Shown in pieces: positions 13,131 through 25,939 of a DNA stretch of 64,000 nt. Numbering within the stretch: position 1 is the first letter of the stretch; every line of letters starts with the position of its first letter. Position numbers and translations under genes: made by a program. This DNA is from Squalus acanthias (taxonomy: Eukaryota). Location: NCBI GenBank assembly GCA_030390025.1, contig CM059432.1, positions 34,226,001 to 34,290,000 on the forward strand, read 5' to 3'. Under the pieces are notes generated by a model that worked only from the letters and a program-made list of their open reading frames with translations, did not search any database and was not told the DNA's origin.

Positions 13131-13429
13131 AGGTTGGTTAAGTGGTTGCACTCTCACCTCTGAAGCAGAGGTTATGGCTCAAATTGAACATGTAATCTAA
13201 ACTAACTCTTCAATGCAATACTGGCTCAACATTGCATTGTTAGAGGTGCTGTTTTTCAGTTGGGTGTTAAACCAAGATTTGTCTGCTTTTCTTTTATTTG
13301 TTCTTGGGATGTGGGCAAAGCCAGAAAGGCCACGTTTGTTGCCCATCTCTAGCCGCCCTGAGAAGGTGATAGTAGGCCTTCTGCTTGAACCATAGTCCTT
13401 TCAGTGATGTTGGGTAGGGAAATCCAGTA

Positions 13430-14350
13430 ATCAAAAATGCTAATGGAACACTGGCCTTTATCTCAAGGGAATTGGAATGCAAAAGGGAGGAAGTGATGCT
13501 TCAGTTGTACAGAGCACTGCGTTCAGTTTGGGGCACCGAACCTTAGGATGGTTATATTGGCCTTGGAAGGGGTACAGCGTAGATTCACCAGAATGATACC
13601 CGGGCTTAAAAGGTTCAATTATGAGGGCAGATTGCATAAACGTGGCTTGTATTTACATATTGTATCAGACCTAAGAGGTTCTAACTATCAAGAAAGACTG
13701 AACAGGCTGTTCTCTAGAAAAGGAAAGGCTGAAGGGTGACCTAAAAGAGGTCTTTAAAATTATGAAGGGGTTTGATAGGATAGGCATAGAGAAGATGTTT
13801 CCACTTGTAGTTGAGTCCAAAACTAGGGGTCATAAATATAAGATAGTCACTAATAAATCCAATAAAGAATTCAGGATAAACTTCTTAACCCAGAGAGTGG
13901 GTAAAACATGGAGCTTGCTACCACATGGAGTAGTTGAGGCGAATAGCATAGATTCATTGAAGGGGAAGCTAGATAAGTACATAAGGGAAAAAGGAGTAGA
14001 AGGATGCGCTGATAGGGTTAGATGGAGTAAGGTGGGAGGAAGCTCTTGTGGAACTTAAACACCAGCATAGACGAGTTGGGCCGAAGTGCCAGTTTCTATA
14101 ATGTATATTCTATGTAATTCTATATGTAATATGTATTCGCTTGAGTATATAAGATTAAGGGGTGATTTGATCGAGGTGTTTAAAATGTTAAAAGGAATTC
14201 GATAGAATAGATACAGAGAAACAATTTCCTCTGGTGCAGGGCTCAAGAATAAAAGGGCATAATCTTAAAATTAGAGCTAGGCCATTTAGGAGTGAAATCA
14301 GGAAGCAGTTTTTCACGAGTAGTGAAAATCTGGCACTCTCTCCCTCAAAA
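13430..14350 (+). mobile_element. CR1 3' fragment with a second CR1 3' end nested at about 13660-14130
   Basis: ORFs 13548-13739 (LEGVQRRFTRMIPGL), 13762-14058 (KTRGHKYKI) and 14234-14440 (IKGHNLKIRARPF). Confidence 0.8.
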
Positions 14351-14807
14351 GACTCATTGAAAGCCATTTTCAACTTGGCAATAACCTGGCAAACAGATCG
14401 CCTGCCCTTTATAGAATCCACACAATTTTCATACCATTGAAGTTGAAAATTAACCCCATTATGTCAGGATGGTCCTATTCATTTTGGTGCAAGAGGTAAG
14501 TTCTAGGGCCCCACCTTGGAGGGGGCTACTCCGAGAAAGTGTGGTGTATTTATATATTTTTTTACATTCAATCTTATCTCTCTAAAGTGTTAATCAGTTC
14601 GCATTTCAGAAGATTGCAGAATTGCACGTGGAGTCATTTGTGAAATTCTACTATTCAGTTCATAAAATAAAAGGTTTTCATTTTGCCTCTAGGTCATGCT
14701 ATCATATGATTTAGATTTTGTACAATAAAGATAAATTCCTGATTCTAAGGGCCGGTGGATCCACTTATGAGAGAAGCCAGTGATGCTGAATCCCAGAATA
14801 TCTAGAG

Positions 14808-15620
14808 CAGTGTTGTTCAAACCAAACCATTGCCTAGCCACAGGTGTGGCTACGGTGTCACCTTTTTAGCTGCATGCAATAATTTTAGCAACAAACCATC
14901 TTGCATACACACAAAGTACAGGTATTTCACACGTGTACATTAAAAAAAGAAAGACTTGCATTTATATAGCACCTTTCAGGTCCTCAACGTGCTTTACAGC
15001 CAATGAAGTACTTTTGAAGTATAGTCACTATTGTAATGTAGGAAATGCGGCAGCCAGTCAATTTTGCGCACAGGATGATCCCTGAGCTAATGACTAGATA
15101 ATCTGTTTTTTTTAGTGATGTTGGTTGAGGGATAAATATTGGCAAGGACACCGGGGATAGCTACCCTGCCCTTCTTCAAAGTAGTGCCATGGGACCTTTA
15201 ACGTCCACCTGAGAGGACAGACCAGGCCTCTGTTGAACCTCTCATCTGAAAGACGGCACCTCCATCAGTGCAGCACTCTCTCAGTCCTGCACTGAAGTGT
15301 CAGCCTGGATTTTTGTCGTCAAAGCCTTCTGACTTAGAAGCGAAAGTACTACCACTGAACCACATTTACTTAATAAACATCTACCACCATTCAGTAACCA
15401 AGAAAGTAAAGCACTCACAATGATCAAGAAACATTCGTATACTCTGATTTTACTCTTAGCATTTTACCAACGCACAAATAGGTTAAAGCTGACATGCATA
15501 CACTGTGTGAATATGAGTATTGAGATCACATGCCCAAAAACGGTGCCTATTGCTCAATTAGCCACATCTGGATCCCAGTTATCCACATGTGGCTGATGGC
15601 TAATGTATTGGACAACACAG
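14808..15620. mobile_element. hAT-Charlie (MER3/MER33-like) MITE with a nested Deu-SINE at about 14945-15363
   Basis: TIRs cagtgttgttc and ggacaacacag, subterminal tagccacaggtgtggcta, TSD atctagag/atctacag (Charlie NTCTAGAN type). Confidence 0.8.
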
Positions 15621-15649
15621 ATCTACAGCAGACCCAAAATTTGTAACTG

Positions 15650-16020
15650 TGGTGTATTTTATTGTTTATTTGTGGTTGATATTTTAATATTGATGTGTTG
15701 CTAGTGTGTGTTAATATTGGTACATTGCTGGTGTATTTAATTGTTGGTATGTTATTAGTGCATTTTAATATTGGTCTCTTGCTGTTGTGTTTTAGTATTG
15801 ATATATTTCCGGTACACTTTATTGTTGGTATGTGGTTTGTATATTTTAATATCAGTCTGTTGCTACTAGATTTTAATATCGGTGTTACTGGCATATTTAA
15901 TGTTCATGTGTTGACATTTTATTATTGCAATGGTATATTTTTAATATTGGTCTATCGCTGGCCTATTTTAATATTACAATATTGTCAGTGTAATTTAATC
16001 CTGATATGCTGCTTTTTGCA
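15650..16020. repeat. 27-bp minisatellite, last block
   Basis: taatattgatgtgttgctagtg-type units, same orientation. Confidence 0.75.
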
Positions 16021-16087
16021 CCAAGAAAATTGTGTCTGTGGTGAATTTTTAACTTCTATTTTGTATTGTAAAAATTGTGGGGGTGGG

Positions 16088-16271
16088 GGGGTCACTTTAA
16101 CTATGGGTGGTGGTATAAAACAGGTGATATCGAATTGGTTGCCCACTATACATCCCGCCCGATATTACCTTCTGTTGACTTTGATGGAAAGGAAAATTGG
16201 GGGTGGTTTATAATGGACGGCTAACTCGATATCACTCGTTTTACACCATCGCCCAAAGCTAAAATTACCCC
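16088..16271. mobile_element. Palindromic MITE (Harbinger-like ends)
   Basis: Whole-element imperfect inverted repeat: ggggtcacttt...aaaacaggtgatatcga versus tcgatatcactcgtttt...aaaattacccc. Confidence 0.65.
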
Positions 16272-16484
16272 TGGATGGGAGGAGCTAAAATGGCAGGTCT
16301 CACTTGGTATTTTTCAAAGGACAAGTCATTGGCTTGTAGACCAGATGGGTTGGTTGCTATAGTGAAAATGTTGGGGAAAGCAGAATAACTATAATAAAGT
16401 GGCAATTGATTTAATTCACCACTGATTTAATCATACACAGCGAGCCATTGTCAAAAACTGGCTATACATTTCATATTGGGCCGA

Positions 16485-18468
16485 GGGAGGAGAGGAGATT
16501 AATAATCTTGTTGTGCGGGTTCCTTTAGGGAAGAGTGACAATAACATGATAGAATTCTTCATTAAGATGGAAAGTGAAGTAATCCAATCCAAAACTAGGG
16601 TCCTAAATCTAAACAAAGGAAACTACGAAGGTATGAGGAGGGAGTTGGCTATGATAGATAGGGGAGCTTCATTAAAAGGCATGATGGTGGATAGGCAATG
16701 GCTAACATTTAAGGAATGAATGCATGAATTGCAACAGTTATACATTCCTTTCTGGTGCAAAAACACAAAAGGAAAAATGGCCCAACCATGGCTAACAAAA
16801 GAATTTAAGGATAGTATTAGATCCAAAGAGGAGTCATATAAAGTTGCCAGAAAAAGTAGCAAGCCTGAGGATTGGGAGCAGTTTAGAATTCAGCAAAAAA
16901 GGACCAAGAGATTGATTAAGAGGGGAAAAATAGAGTATGAGAGTAAACTTGCAAGGAACATAAAAGCGGACTATAAAAGCTTCTACAAGTATGTAAAAAG
17001 AAAAAGATTAGTGAAGACAAACGTAGGTCCCTTACAGTCAGAAACGGGAGAATTTATAATGGGGAACAAGGAAATGGCAGGGCAATTAAACAAATACTTT
17101 GATTCTGTATTCACAGTAGAGGACACAAATAACTTCCCAGAAATGCTAAGGAACGAAGGGTCTAGTGAGAAGGAGGAATTATTAGTAAAAAAAATAGTGC
17201 TGGAGAAATTAATGGGACTGAAAGCAGATAAATCCCCAGGGCCTGATAATCTGCATCCCAGAGTACTAAAAGAGGTAGCCATAGAAATATTGGATGCATT
17301 GGTTATCATCTTCCAAAATTCTATAGATTATGGAACAGTTCCTGCAGATTGGAGGGTGGCAAATGTAACACCACTAATTAAAAAAGGAGGGAGAGAGAAA
17401 ATAGGGAACTACAGACCGGTTAGCCTAACATCAGTAGTAGGGAAAATGCTAGAGTCTATTATAAAGGATGTGATAACAGGACACTTAGAAAATATCAATG
17501 GGATTAGACAAAGTCAACTTGGATTTAGGAAAGGGAAATCGTGTTTGACAAACCTACTGGAGTTTTTTGAGGATGTAACTGGTAGAATAGATAAGGGAGA
17601 ACCAGTGGATGTGGTGTATTTGGATTTTCAGAAGGCATTTGATAAAGTCCCACGTAAGAGGTTAGTGTGCAAAATTAAAGCACATGGGATTGGGGGTAAT
17701 ATACTGGCATGGATTGAAAATTGGTTAACAGACAGAAAACAGAGAGTAGGAATAAATGGGTCTTTCTCGGGGTGGCAGGCGATGACTAGTGGGGTACCGC
17801 AGTGATCAGTGCTTGGGCCCCAGCTATTCACAATATATATCAATGATTTGGATGAGGGAACCAAATGTAATATTTCCAAGTTTGCTGATGACACAAAACT
17901 AGGAGGGATTGTGAGTTGTGAGGAGGATGCAAAGAGGCTTCAAGGTGATTTAGACAAGTTGAGTGAGTGGGCAAATACATGGCAGATCCAGTATAACATG
18001 GATAAATGTGAAGTTATCCACTTCGATAGGAAAAACAGAAAGGCAGAGTATTAGTTAAATAGTGATTGATTGGGAAATGTTGCTGTCCAAAGGGACCTGG
18101 GTGTCCTTGTACACCAGTCACTGAAAGCAAATATGCAGGTGCAGCAAGCAGTTAGGAAGGCAAATGGTATGTTGGCCTTCATTGCAAGAGGATTTGAGTA
18201 CAGGAGCAAGGATGTCTTACTACAGTTATACAGGGCCTTGGTGAGACCACACCTGGAGTACTGTGTGCAGTTTTGGTCTCCTTACATAAGAAAGGATATA
18301 CTTGCCATAGAGGGAGTGCAGCGAAGGTTCACCAGACTGATATCTGGGATGGCAGGACTGTCGTATGAGGAGAGATTGGGTCGACTAGGCCTGTATTCAC
18401 TAGAGTTTAGAAGAATGAGAGGGGATCTCATTGAAACATATAAAATTCTGACAGGGCTAGACAGATAC
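16485..18468 (+). mobile_element. CR1 LINE ORF2 fragment (several stops, 3' end lost)
   Basis: ORFs 16513-16719, 16720-17805, 17809-18054 and 18070 onward carry [27 protein letters not shown] and KFADDTK. Confidence 0.93.
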
Positions 18469-18753
18469 ATGGCTGGATTTTACCAACTTCGGCGGGTCCA
18501 TGGCGGGTGACGTCGGTGGCGGGTCCCAGCCTCGCTGCCAGCTCCAGCCCGCTGTACAAAAGGATTTTCCCCTGATTGGGCTTGTTAAGCCTGCCCAGCG
18601 CGTTTGCCAGCCAATTGAAGGAAGCAGGTCTGATGACGTCATTCGATCACGCGTCATCAGCCGGTTTCCTTAAAGGGACCATGCACAAATTAATTTTGAC
18701 ATTTGTGCTGTCAGTGTTCTACAGCTGCAAACACTGACAATCACTGCAGAAAG

Positions 18754-18975
18754 ATGCAGGGCTGCACCCAGGCTCTCCCATGACTCCCTCCATATGTTTA
18801 TGCAGGGAGTCACAGCACACAGGGAGGTTCTCTTCCCTTCCAATGGGCGGAAGAGACCTCCCCAGGAGATCAACGCAGCCTGGTTGCACATTGCACAGGA
18901 GGGCACAAGCAGGGATGTCTTCAGGAGGACCAGGCTGCAGTGGCGCAAACCTTTCAATGATCTCAGTAGATCACG
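18754..18975 (+). pseudogene. Myb/SANT-like DNA-binding domain remnant of Harbinger ORF
   Basis: VTAHREVLFPSNGRKRPPQEINAAWLHIAQE...RRTRLQWRKPFNDL resembles the trihelix Myb/SANT pattern (W..IA..V....RT..QCRK.FNDL). Confidence 0.7.
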
Positions 18976-19105
18976 AAACGTTACTGCAGGGCCACACTCA
19001 ACCTCATCCTGCTGTGCCACTCATCACATCCCCATCACTCTGCCTTCCCTATCCTACTCCTGTGCAGCATCAGTTGATTGCGGAGAAGGTTGTTGGTGCT
19101 GCTAG

Positions 19106-19812
19106 TGTTGGAAGATTTGGATCACAGGTCACACACAGGTTACCCAAAGGGTCTTAGGAGTTTGAAGGCATTTTATTAAAGAGCTACAATTTAAAGCATA
19201 ATCAGATATTACTACATGCGATTGAAATAGATACAGTAGACATACAACCCGTGACAGATGAGGGCGATCTATGGCCCTGGAACGGAATGAAACAACCCGA
19301 TGGACGGTTGTTGGAGGTGTTAGGCCGTCAGCCACCTCAGAGGCTAAACTTGACCAAGGTTTTAGGCCGTAGCCACCTCGGGGAAACCTTCACCCCTAAC
19401 TGCCTGATTTCCCCTCTCGGTCGTCTAAATTTATAGTTATTTCGGTGGGCTGGTGATTACCTGGTGTCAATCATTTGTTCCCCATCCTATTGTCCAATTA
19501 CAAGGGAGAGGTTACCTATGACAGCCCTCTCCCAGCCTCGTGAGGTCATTTTCCTCCTTATCTCTGTTCTAAAGGTCTTGTTGCCCTCTCGTAGACAGCT
19601 TGTTTATCCTACAGCTCCTTGCTGCATCCCGTATCAGGCCTAGCTATGCCCACTCGAAGGCCTGTTTTTGTGTTCTGACCTTGTAATTTAACTCTCTGTA
19701 CAGCTATTTTTCTGACATGACTGGAATCTTTCTGTGTCATCAACTTAGGCAAACTGCTGATCAAGGAAACCCATAACAGACTATTATTTCTTTCAATCCA
19801 CGATTTCTTACA
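19106..19812 (-). mobile_element. LTR-like insert inside the Harbinger element
   Basis: The minus strand begins TGTAAGAAA and ends CTTCCAACA, with TATAAA (about 19430) followed by AATAAA (about 19172) on that strand. Confidence 0.5.
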
Positions 19813-20864
19813 TCTGCCTGGTGCTGCTGGTGTTGGGGCTGATCGTGGTGGGAATCTTAGGACCAAGGTGAGACAGTATAAACCGTACCTATTCTGGTGT
19901 AATAGATGGCAGGTGAACTTGAGATGACAGAAGCAATCTGTCAATGGTGAGAGAGGTTGTTCCAATGAGGTGACACTGGATACAGAGTTTGCTACAAACA
20001 TTTGCAACCTGCATAAAGCTCAATCTGTCTTCCAAATGCATTAAGCAACAGATTCTGAGCTTGGAAAGTAAACAGCTGTGAGGTGGGAGCTTTTATAGCA
20101 CATTTGCAGCTATCAAGTAAGGAGATGATTCCATGGGCATTCAACTCCCGCCCTGCTTACCTGACGTGATCCCCGAGCAGCGTAGACCCTGTGGGCGACC
20201 TGGTAAACTCTGAAGATGAGCTGAAAATAGTTCTTCATCCTCTGTTAACAAGGTCATAATGACTTGAATTGCCTCCCCTGCCGCTGTGTGTCAGATCTGC
20301 TCAGCGATGACAGACCCAACATTTGGTAAAGGTGCGTGGCGGCGGGTTGACAGCGGGGTCCTGACCCGCTGTCAAAAAAAAAACCATTTCCCACCTGACC
20401 CGCCACCGATCGTGCCCGCTGAACCCCTGCAAAATTCCCCCAGAGAAACTGAATATCCTCTAACTAGGAAAAGGACGGACATTCCCTAATTGCTTATTCT
20501 TCTTCTCTACTAACCTTGAAACCACCAGTAATATTTTTCTCAGTCTAAATATTGGCCAAGCCATAGATCATTAAATGATGGTGTGCCATTATCCTAGCCA
20601 CAAATAAGTACTGAGAACCTGGTGTTGCAGGTGAGCGTGTGTAATGTGGGCTGGAAGTGTGTAACCTGACCCTTTGTGGAAACCTTCGCCTACACAGGAA
20701 CCTAGATCAAAGGAATCAGCAATATAATATGCAACAGGAAAAAGGAGTGAGAGTGTCTGTCCGTGCAGATGTGTGAAGTCTCATGGATTTTTTATTTTTG
20801 AGTTTTTTAATAAAAAATTGGGTGAAGCTGAGGATATAAGGCATTTTACCATGTTTGGCATTGA

Positions 20865-20990
20865 GGGCTCCCAGGACAGTTACAGGTCAGGATAGATACA
20901 GAGCGAAACCTACTCTACACTGCCCCATCAAACGCTCCCAGATCAAGTACAGCACGGATTAGATACAGAGTAAAGCTCCCTCTACACACG
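20865..20990. repeat. Two diverged units of a roughly 65-bp repeat (ctcccagg...tagatacagagtaaagctccctctacac)
   Basis: Tandem pair, with a related piece at about 43078-43115. Confidence 0.5.
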
Positions 20991-21164
20991 GTCAATTTTA
21001 ACTCCCAGCAAAAACGGAGTGGGGCGAGTGCCAAACACACTCAAAGGCCTATGTTTGAGACCCAGGATATTTTAACTCCCGAGCCTCAAAGAATGGATAG
21101 CACTGGGAAGATTACAGGCAGATGGAGAATGGATGGCAGTATGAGGGGGAAGGTCAGAAACTAA

Positions 21165-21632
21165 AAGAAAGACTTGCATTTATATAGTGCCTTTCACAAC
21201 CTCCGGACATCAAAAAGCGCTTTACATCTAATGAGGTACTTTTGAGATGCAGTCACTGTTGTAATCTGGGAAACGCGGCTGCCATATTTGCGCACAGCAA
21301 GCTCTCACAAACAGCAATGTGATGATGACCAGATAATCTGCTGTTTTTGTGATGTTGATTGAGGGATAAATATTGGCCAGGACACTGGTGAGCACTCCCC
21401 TGCTCTTCTTCAAAATAGTGCCATGGGATCTTTTACATCCAACTGAGAGAGCAGATGGGGCCTTGGTTTAACATCTTATCTGAAAGACGGCACCTCTGAC
21501 AGTGCAGCGCTCCCTCAGTACTGCACTGGAGTGTCAGCCTGGATTTTTGTGTTCAAGTCTCTGGAGTGGGACCTGAACCCACAACCTTCTGACTCAGAGG
21601 CGAGGGTACTACCAACTGAGCCACGGCTGACA
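21165..21632 (-). mobile_element. SacSINE1-like Deu-SINE, full length
   Basis: Complete reverse-complement copy from head (tcagccgtggctcagttggtag) to tail (gcaagtctttcttt). Confidence 0.9.
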
Positions 21633-21800
21633 CTTAGAGAGACAAGGGCAGGGGCAGGGGGAGGAGAAGGCTTGGGTGAATTGATGAGGGAGGAAGGAGT
21701 GCCAGTCTTCTCAAGATGAGGGCAACACTGGCAAGGCCATATTTATTACTCATCCTCCAGTTGCCCTGTGATGCTGGTGGTGGGCCACTTCAGGCATTAA

Positions 21801-22557
21801 GGGCTGGATTTTGCCAGCCCTGGGGAGGTGGGTTTGGAGGCGAGACTGCCGGGAAAATGGCAGAATCTGGGGGCGGGAAGGGGATTACAGCCACTTAACT
21901 GCCTGTTAACAGGTAGTTAACAGGCAAATAAGAGGATTATCCCCTTTTTTCCAGCAGAGGCGCGGGCTTCCCGACGTCGGGAAACCCCGCCAGGGTCACC
22001 GAGACGAGCAGTGGGTCTGCGGGGGTCAGAGGGGTGCAAAAGTGTGCTGTGGAGGTAAGTGATGGGTGCAAGTGTGAAGAAGTAAGTATGTGAGGTGAGT
22101 GGAAAGTGATAGAAAAAGTTTACTTACCTTTGTTTCTTCCTGCAGGCTTCAACAGCTGGGGATGCGGAGACTCTCGCATCTCACCGGCAGAGATGACAGA
22201 TGGCTGCTGCATTGTTCGATGCAACAGCCATCTGCTTTCTGCTCACATAAGAGGTTTGATGAGTCTTGAATACATGGATTCATCAAACAACAGAGAATGT
22301 CAGTGTTTGACAGCTTCACAGAGCTGTCAAACGATGACAATTCATCTGTCGAAAATTTTTGACAGATGAAACGTCATACGCTGACGTTCTCTGTAACCGG
22401 CTTCCCCTTAATTGGCCTGTTAAACCTGCTGCGCGGGCTTAACAAGGTCAATCAAGGGAAAATAACGTGGGTTGGCCGGACGTCTATGGAGGCGGGACTA
22501 AAACCCGACAAGCAGCAGTCCCGCCTCCAACGCACCCCCATTGACAAAATCACCCCC
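21801..22557. mobile_element. Harbinger-like non-autonomous element inserted in a SINE
   Basis: TIRs gggctggattttgcc and gacaaaatcaccccc. The flanks (21710-21800 and 22558-22690) join into one SINE. Confidence 0.7.
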
Positions 22558-23099
22558 TTGGAGTCAGCTGGCTTTGCATTTTCTCTGGCGCCAGTCTAGA
22601 AGTTACCAGATTTTTTTGAAATTAAATTTCACAACTTCCCATGATGGAATTTGAACTCATGACCTCTGCTAGTCCAGTGACGTAACTGCTGGGTTACCAC
22701 ACCTATTGCATCTGTGAAAGAAGGAAAGAACTTTGTTTTATAAGTGTTTTTGTGTTTATATAGCGTCCTTCGCATCCTCAGGATGTCCCAAAGTGCTTCA
22801 TGGCCAATGAATTCACTTTTGAAGTGTAGTCATTGTTGTAATGTAGGGAAACGCGACAGTCAATTTGCACACAGCAAGGTCCCTGGTGCTACCACTGAGC
22901 CAAGCCTAAAGAGCTGGATGGGATCCATTGTCCGTGAACTGGAGTGGTTGGATGTTGGAGAGTGACTGTTGAGGTAACTTTTGAATAAGTGATGGTCTGG
23001 TTGGTCTTTTGAAAATTCCAATGTCACTTTCTTTTTCCTTTTTTTAAGATTAAAAATCTATTAATTGTGACTTAAAATGAATCAAAAGGCATCATCACA

Positions 23100-23455
23100 G
23101 TGTCAGCGCCTCTCAAGTTAGAAGTTTGTAGGTTTGCGTCTCACTCGAGACTTAAGCCCATAATCCGTCTGCCCTCTCATGTGGACATAACAGATCCCAC
23201 AGCACTATTTACAGAAGAGCAGGGGAGTTCTCCCTGGTGTCCTGGCCAATATTTATCCATCATCTAACATCACTAAAACAGTTATCTGGTCATTATCATC
23301 TTGTCGGTTGTGACACCTCGCTGTGTGCAAATTGGCTGCTGTGTTTCCTATATTACACCAGTAACTACACTTCAAAAGTACTTTATTGGCTGTAAAAGGC
23401 TTAGGGGCATCCTGAGTTCATGAAAGACGCTGTATAAATACAAGTTCTTTTTCTT
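23100..23455 (+). mobile_element. SacSINE1-like Deu-SINE
   Basis: Deu core and tail; a minus-strand partial copy lies at about 22725-22900. Confidence 0.8.
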
Positions 23456-24134
23456 TCTTTATTTTTCTTTTCTTCTAAAAATTCTAAATTTCCCAAGAAA
23501 CATGCCCCTGAAATGCATCACCAATTTTGTCCCTTCAACATTTAGATTTCCTCTTTCAGTCTCTCATGTTCCTTCAATTCAAGTCCAGGAATGTTGTGCA
23601 TATCTGTCCTGGCCATTCTCGAGTTGCCAGCTTATTTGAAGCTGCCGGTCAGCTTTTGCTAGTGTTCTAGGTTGGCATGTAACGGTATTGAATAACAGGT
23701 AACTGGAATGCTAAATCGAGGATAACAGAGAGCTTTCTGTGCATTATTTACTGCAAAATGTGGAGTGTGTTACAGGGTTGGTCAGCTCGCAGCCTATAGA
23801 TTAACACTTTACTTTCAATAATATTTACAAAAAGATTAATTTCTCACCATTTGTACAAGATAGATGTGTCATTGTTCAGAAAAAGAATAAGAGCTGCATT
23901 TAGCACCACCCCTATCTCTCAAACATCTGAAAGGACTTCAACTACAATGAATTATGTTGAAATGCATTCACTGTGTTGCAGGCAACATGGCACTCATTTT
24001 TTGCACAGCAAGATTCCAAAAAAGTAAGTGCAATGCATGCCCAGTTCAAATGTTTTTTTTTGGTGGTGTAGGCTAAGGAAGAAGTGTTAGCCAGGGCACT
24101 GTCCTTCAGCTAGTGCCATTGGCAGTGAGAAAGA

Positions 24135-24380
24135 GGAGAAATTTCTTCAGAGGGTGGTGAATCTTTGGAATTCACTTCCCCAGAGGGCTGTGGAGGCTCA
24201 GTCGTTGAGTATATTCAAGATAGAGATCAATAGATTTTTGAATATTAAGGGAATCAAGGGATATGGGGATAGTTCAGGAAAGTGGAGATGAGGTAGAAGA
24301 TCAGCCATGATCTTATTGAATGGCTGAGCAGGCTCGAGGGGCCGAATGGCCTACTCCTGCTCCTATTTCTTATGTTCTTG
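24135..24380 (+). mobile_element. CR1 3' tail fragment
   Basis: gaggagaaatttcttc...gggccgaatggcctactcctgctcctatttcttatgttctt. Confidence 0.85.
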
Positions 24381-25796
24381 TTAAGAGAGGGGGAGACTGG
24401 ATGGCAGTGGGAAGAGGAGGAGAGAATGAATGCCATTAGATTATTTTTGACATCTACCAAAACACACAGATGGGCCTTCACGTCTATCGCCTGCCTTTAA
24501 TGGCCTCAAAATGGGTTCAGTACTCTTACCGCTCCAGTAACACAGACAAAAAGGTCGGCGACATTTTGAAAGGGCCCAACGTTAGGTGCTTGAAGCACCC
24601 ACCTGTCTCAGGCGGTAGGCTCCTTTTAATAAGTAAATCGTGGTCCTAGAACCCAGATTGCCACTGTATGTCAGAACTGGATAGAGCGTGCACTGAGCAT
24701 GCTCGACCAGTTACATGGGCGATGGAGCTGAAAAGGCCTGACATAGGTAAATTTGGGATTATTTTTGTGGGGGCCACAATAATAATCTGGGCCGCCACCT
24801 CCTTGATCATGCCCCCCACCCACAGTTACCTTTTGCCTGTTTAGCGCCCCGCAGATCACCGGCCATATGTTAATGAGGCCGGTGTCTCAAAGTTGCGGTG
24901 ACATCTTTGTCACAGGTACGGGCAATCAGCTGGCCCACTGTTAGTTGGTTGCTCAAAACTCAAAATCAACCCAATGGTGCCTGGGTTTTAATGTCTCATC
25001 CAAAAGGACGTCGCTCCACAGTGCTCCACTGGGAGGATCAGTCTTGTCCCAAAGTAAGGCTTGAACCCAGAACCTTCTGACTCAGAGCTGACACTCCTCA
25101 AAGTATAAGGACAGCGGTTCAAGAAGGCGGCTCACCACCACCTTCTCAAGGACAATTAGGGATGGGCAATAAATGCTGGCCTTGCCAGCGATGCTCATAT
25201 CCCAGGAACGAATTTTTAAAAAAAAATCCATTTAATTGTCAACCCAACGGGATGAGTTCAAGTCCCGCAATGGTAAATTGTGAAATTGAATTCAATGAAT
25301 CTGGTCATTTGTGGGCTGGTATCAGAAAACAAACTGACCCGAAAAGCTGATGGATTGTCATAAACATCCCTGGTTCACTTATGACCTTCAGGGAAGGGAA
25401 TCTACCACTGATCTAACCTACTGCTCTTCCTGTGCTATGTGGGAAATCAGGGACACTTCCTGTGTCCCTGACAACCATGTGTGCGGGAGGTGTATCCAGC
25501 TGCAGCTACTGACAGACCGCATTGCGGAGCTGGAGCTGCGGATGGATGCATACTGGAGCATTCGCGATGCTGAGGACATCGTGGATAGCACGTTTAGGGA
25601 GTTGGTCACACCGCAGGTAAAGGGTGTACAGGCAGGAAGGGAATGGGTGACCACCAGGCAGAGTAATAGGCGCAGGCAGGTAGTGCAGGGGTCCCCTGTG
25701 GCCATCCCCCTCTCAAACAGTTATACCGCTTTGGATATTGTTGAGGGAGATGGCTTATCAGGGGAAGACAGCAGCAGCCAACTTCCTAGCACCATA

Positions 25797-25939
25797 CGAT
25801 AGCAAAATACTGCGGATGCTGGAAATCAGAAATAACAACAGAGTTCCGACGAAGGGTTTCGACCTGAAACGTTAACTCTCTTTCTCTCTCCACGGATGTT
25901 GCCTGGCCTGCTGAGTTTTTCCAGCGTTTTCTGTTGTTA
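25797..25939 (+). mobile_element. Penelope-like terminal fragment (partly inverted) in CR1 ORF1
   Basis: 14-bp TSD ttcctagcaccata (25783-25796 and 25940-25953). Shares sequence with the inserts at 33370, 43316 and 60462. Confidence 0.75.
25841..25878 (+). ncRNA. Minimal type-I hammerhead ribozyme motif (core variant CCGACGA)
   Basis: gagtt-CCGACGA-a-gggt(ttcg)acct-GAA-ACGT-T-aactc: stem I gagtt/aactc, stem II hairpin, palindromic ACGT stem III. Confidence 0.6.

Larger units (their letters stand above)
18471..20441 (+). mobile_element. PIF/Harbinger-type DNA transposon, deleted derivative
   Basis: TIR-like ends ggctggattttac and gcaaaattccccc, GC-rich subterminal ggcggg motifs, and a Myb/SANT-like ORF remnant. 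Confidence 0.75.
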
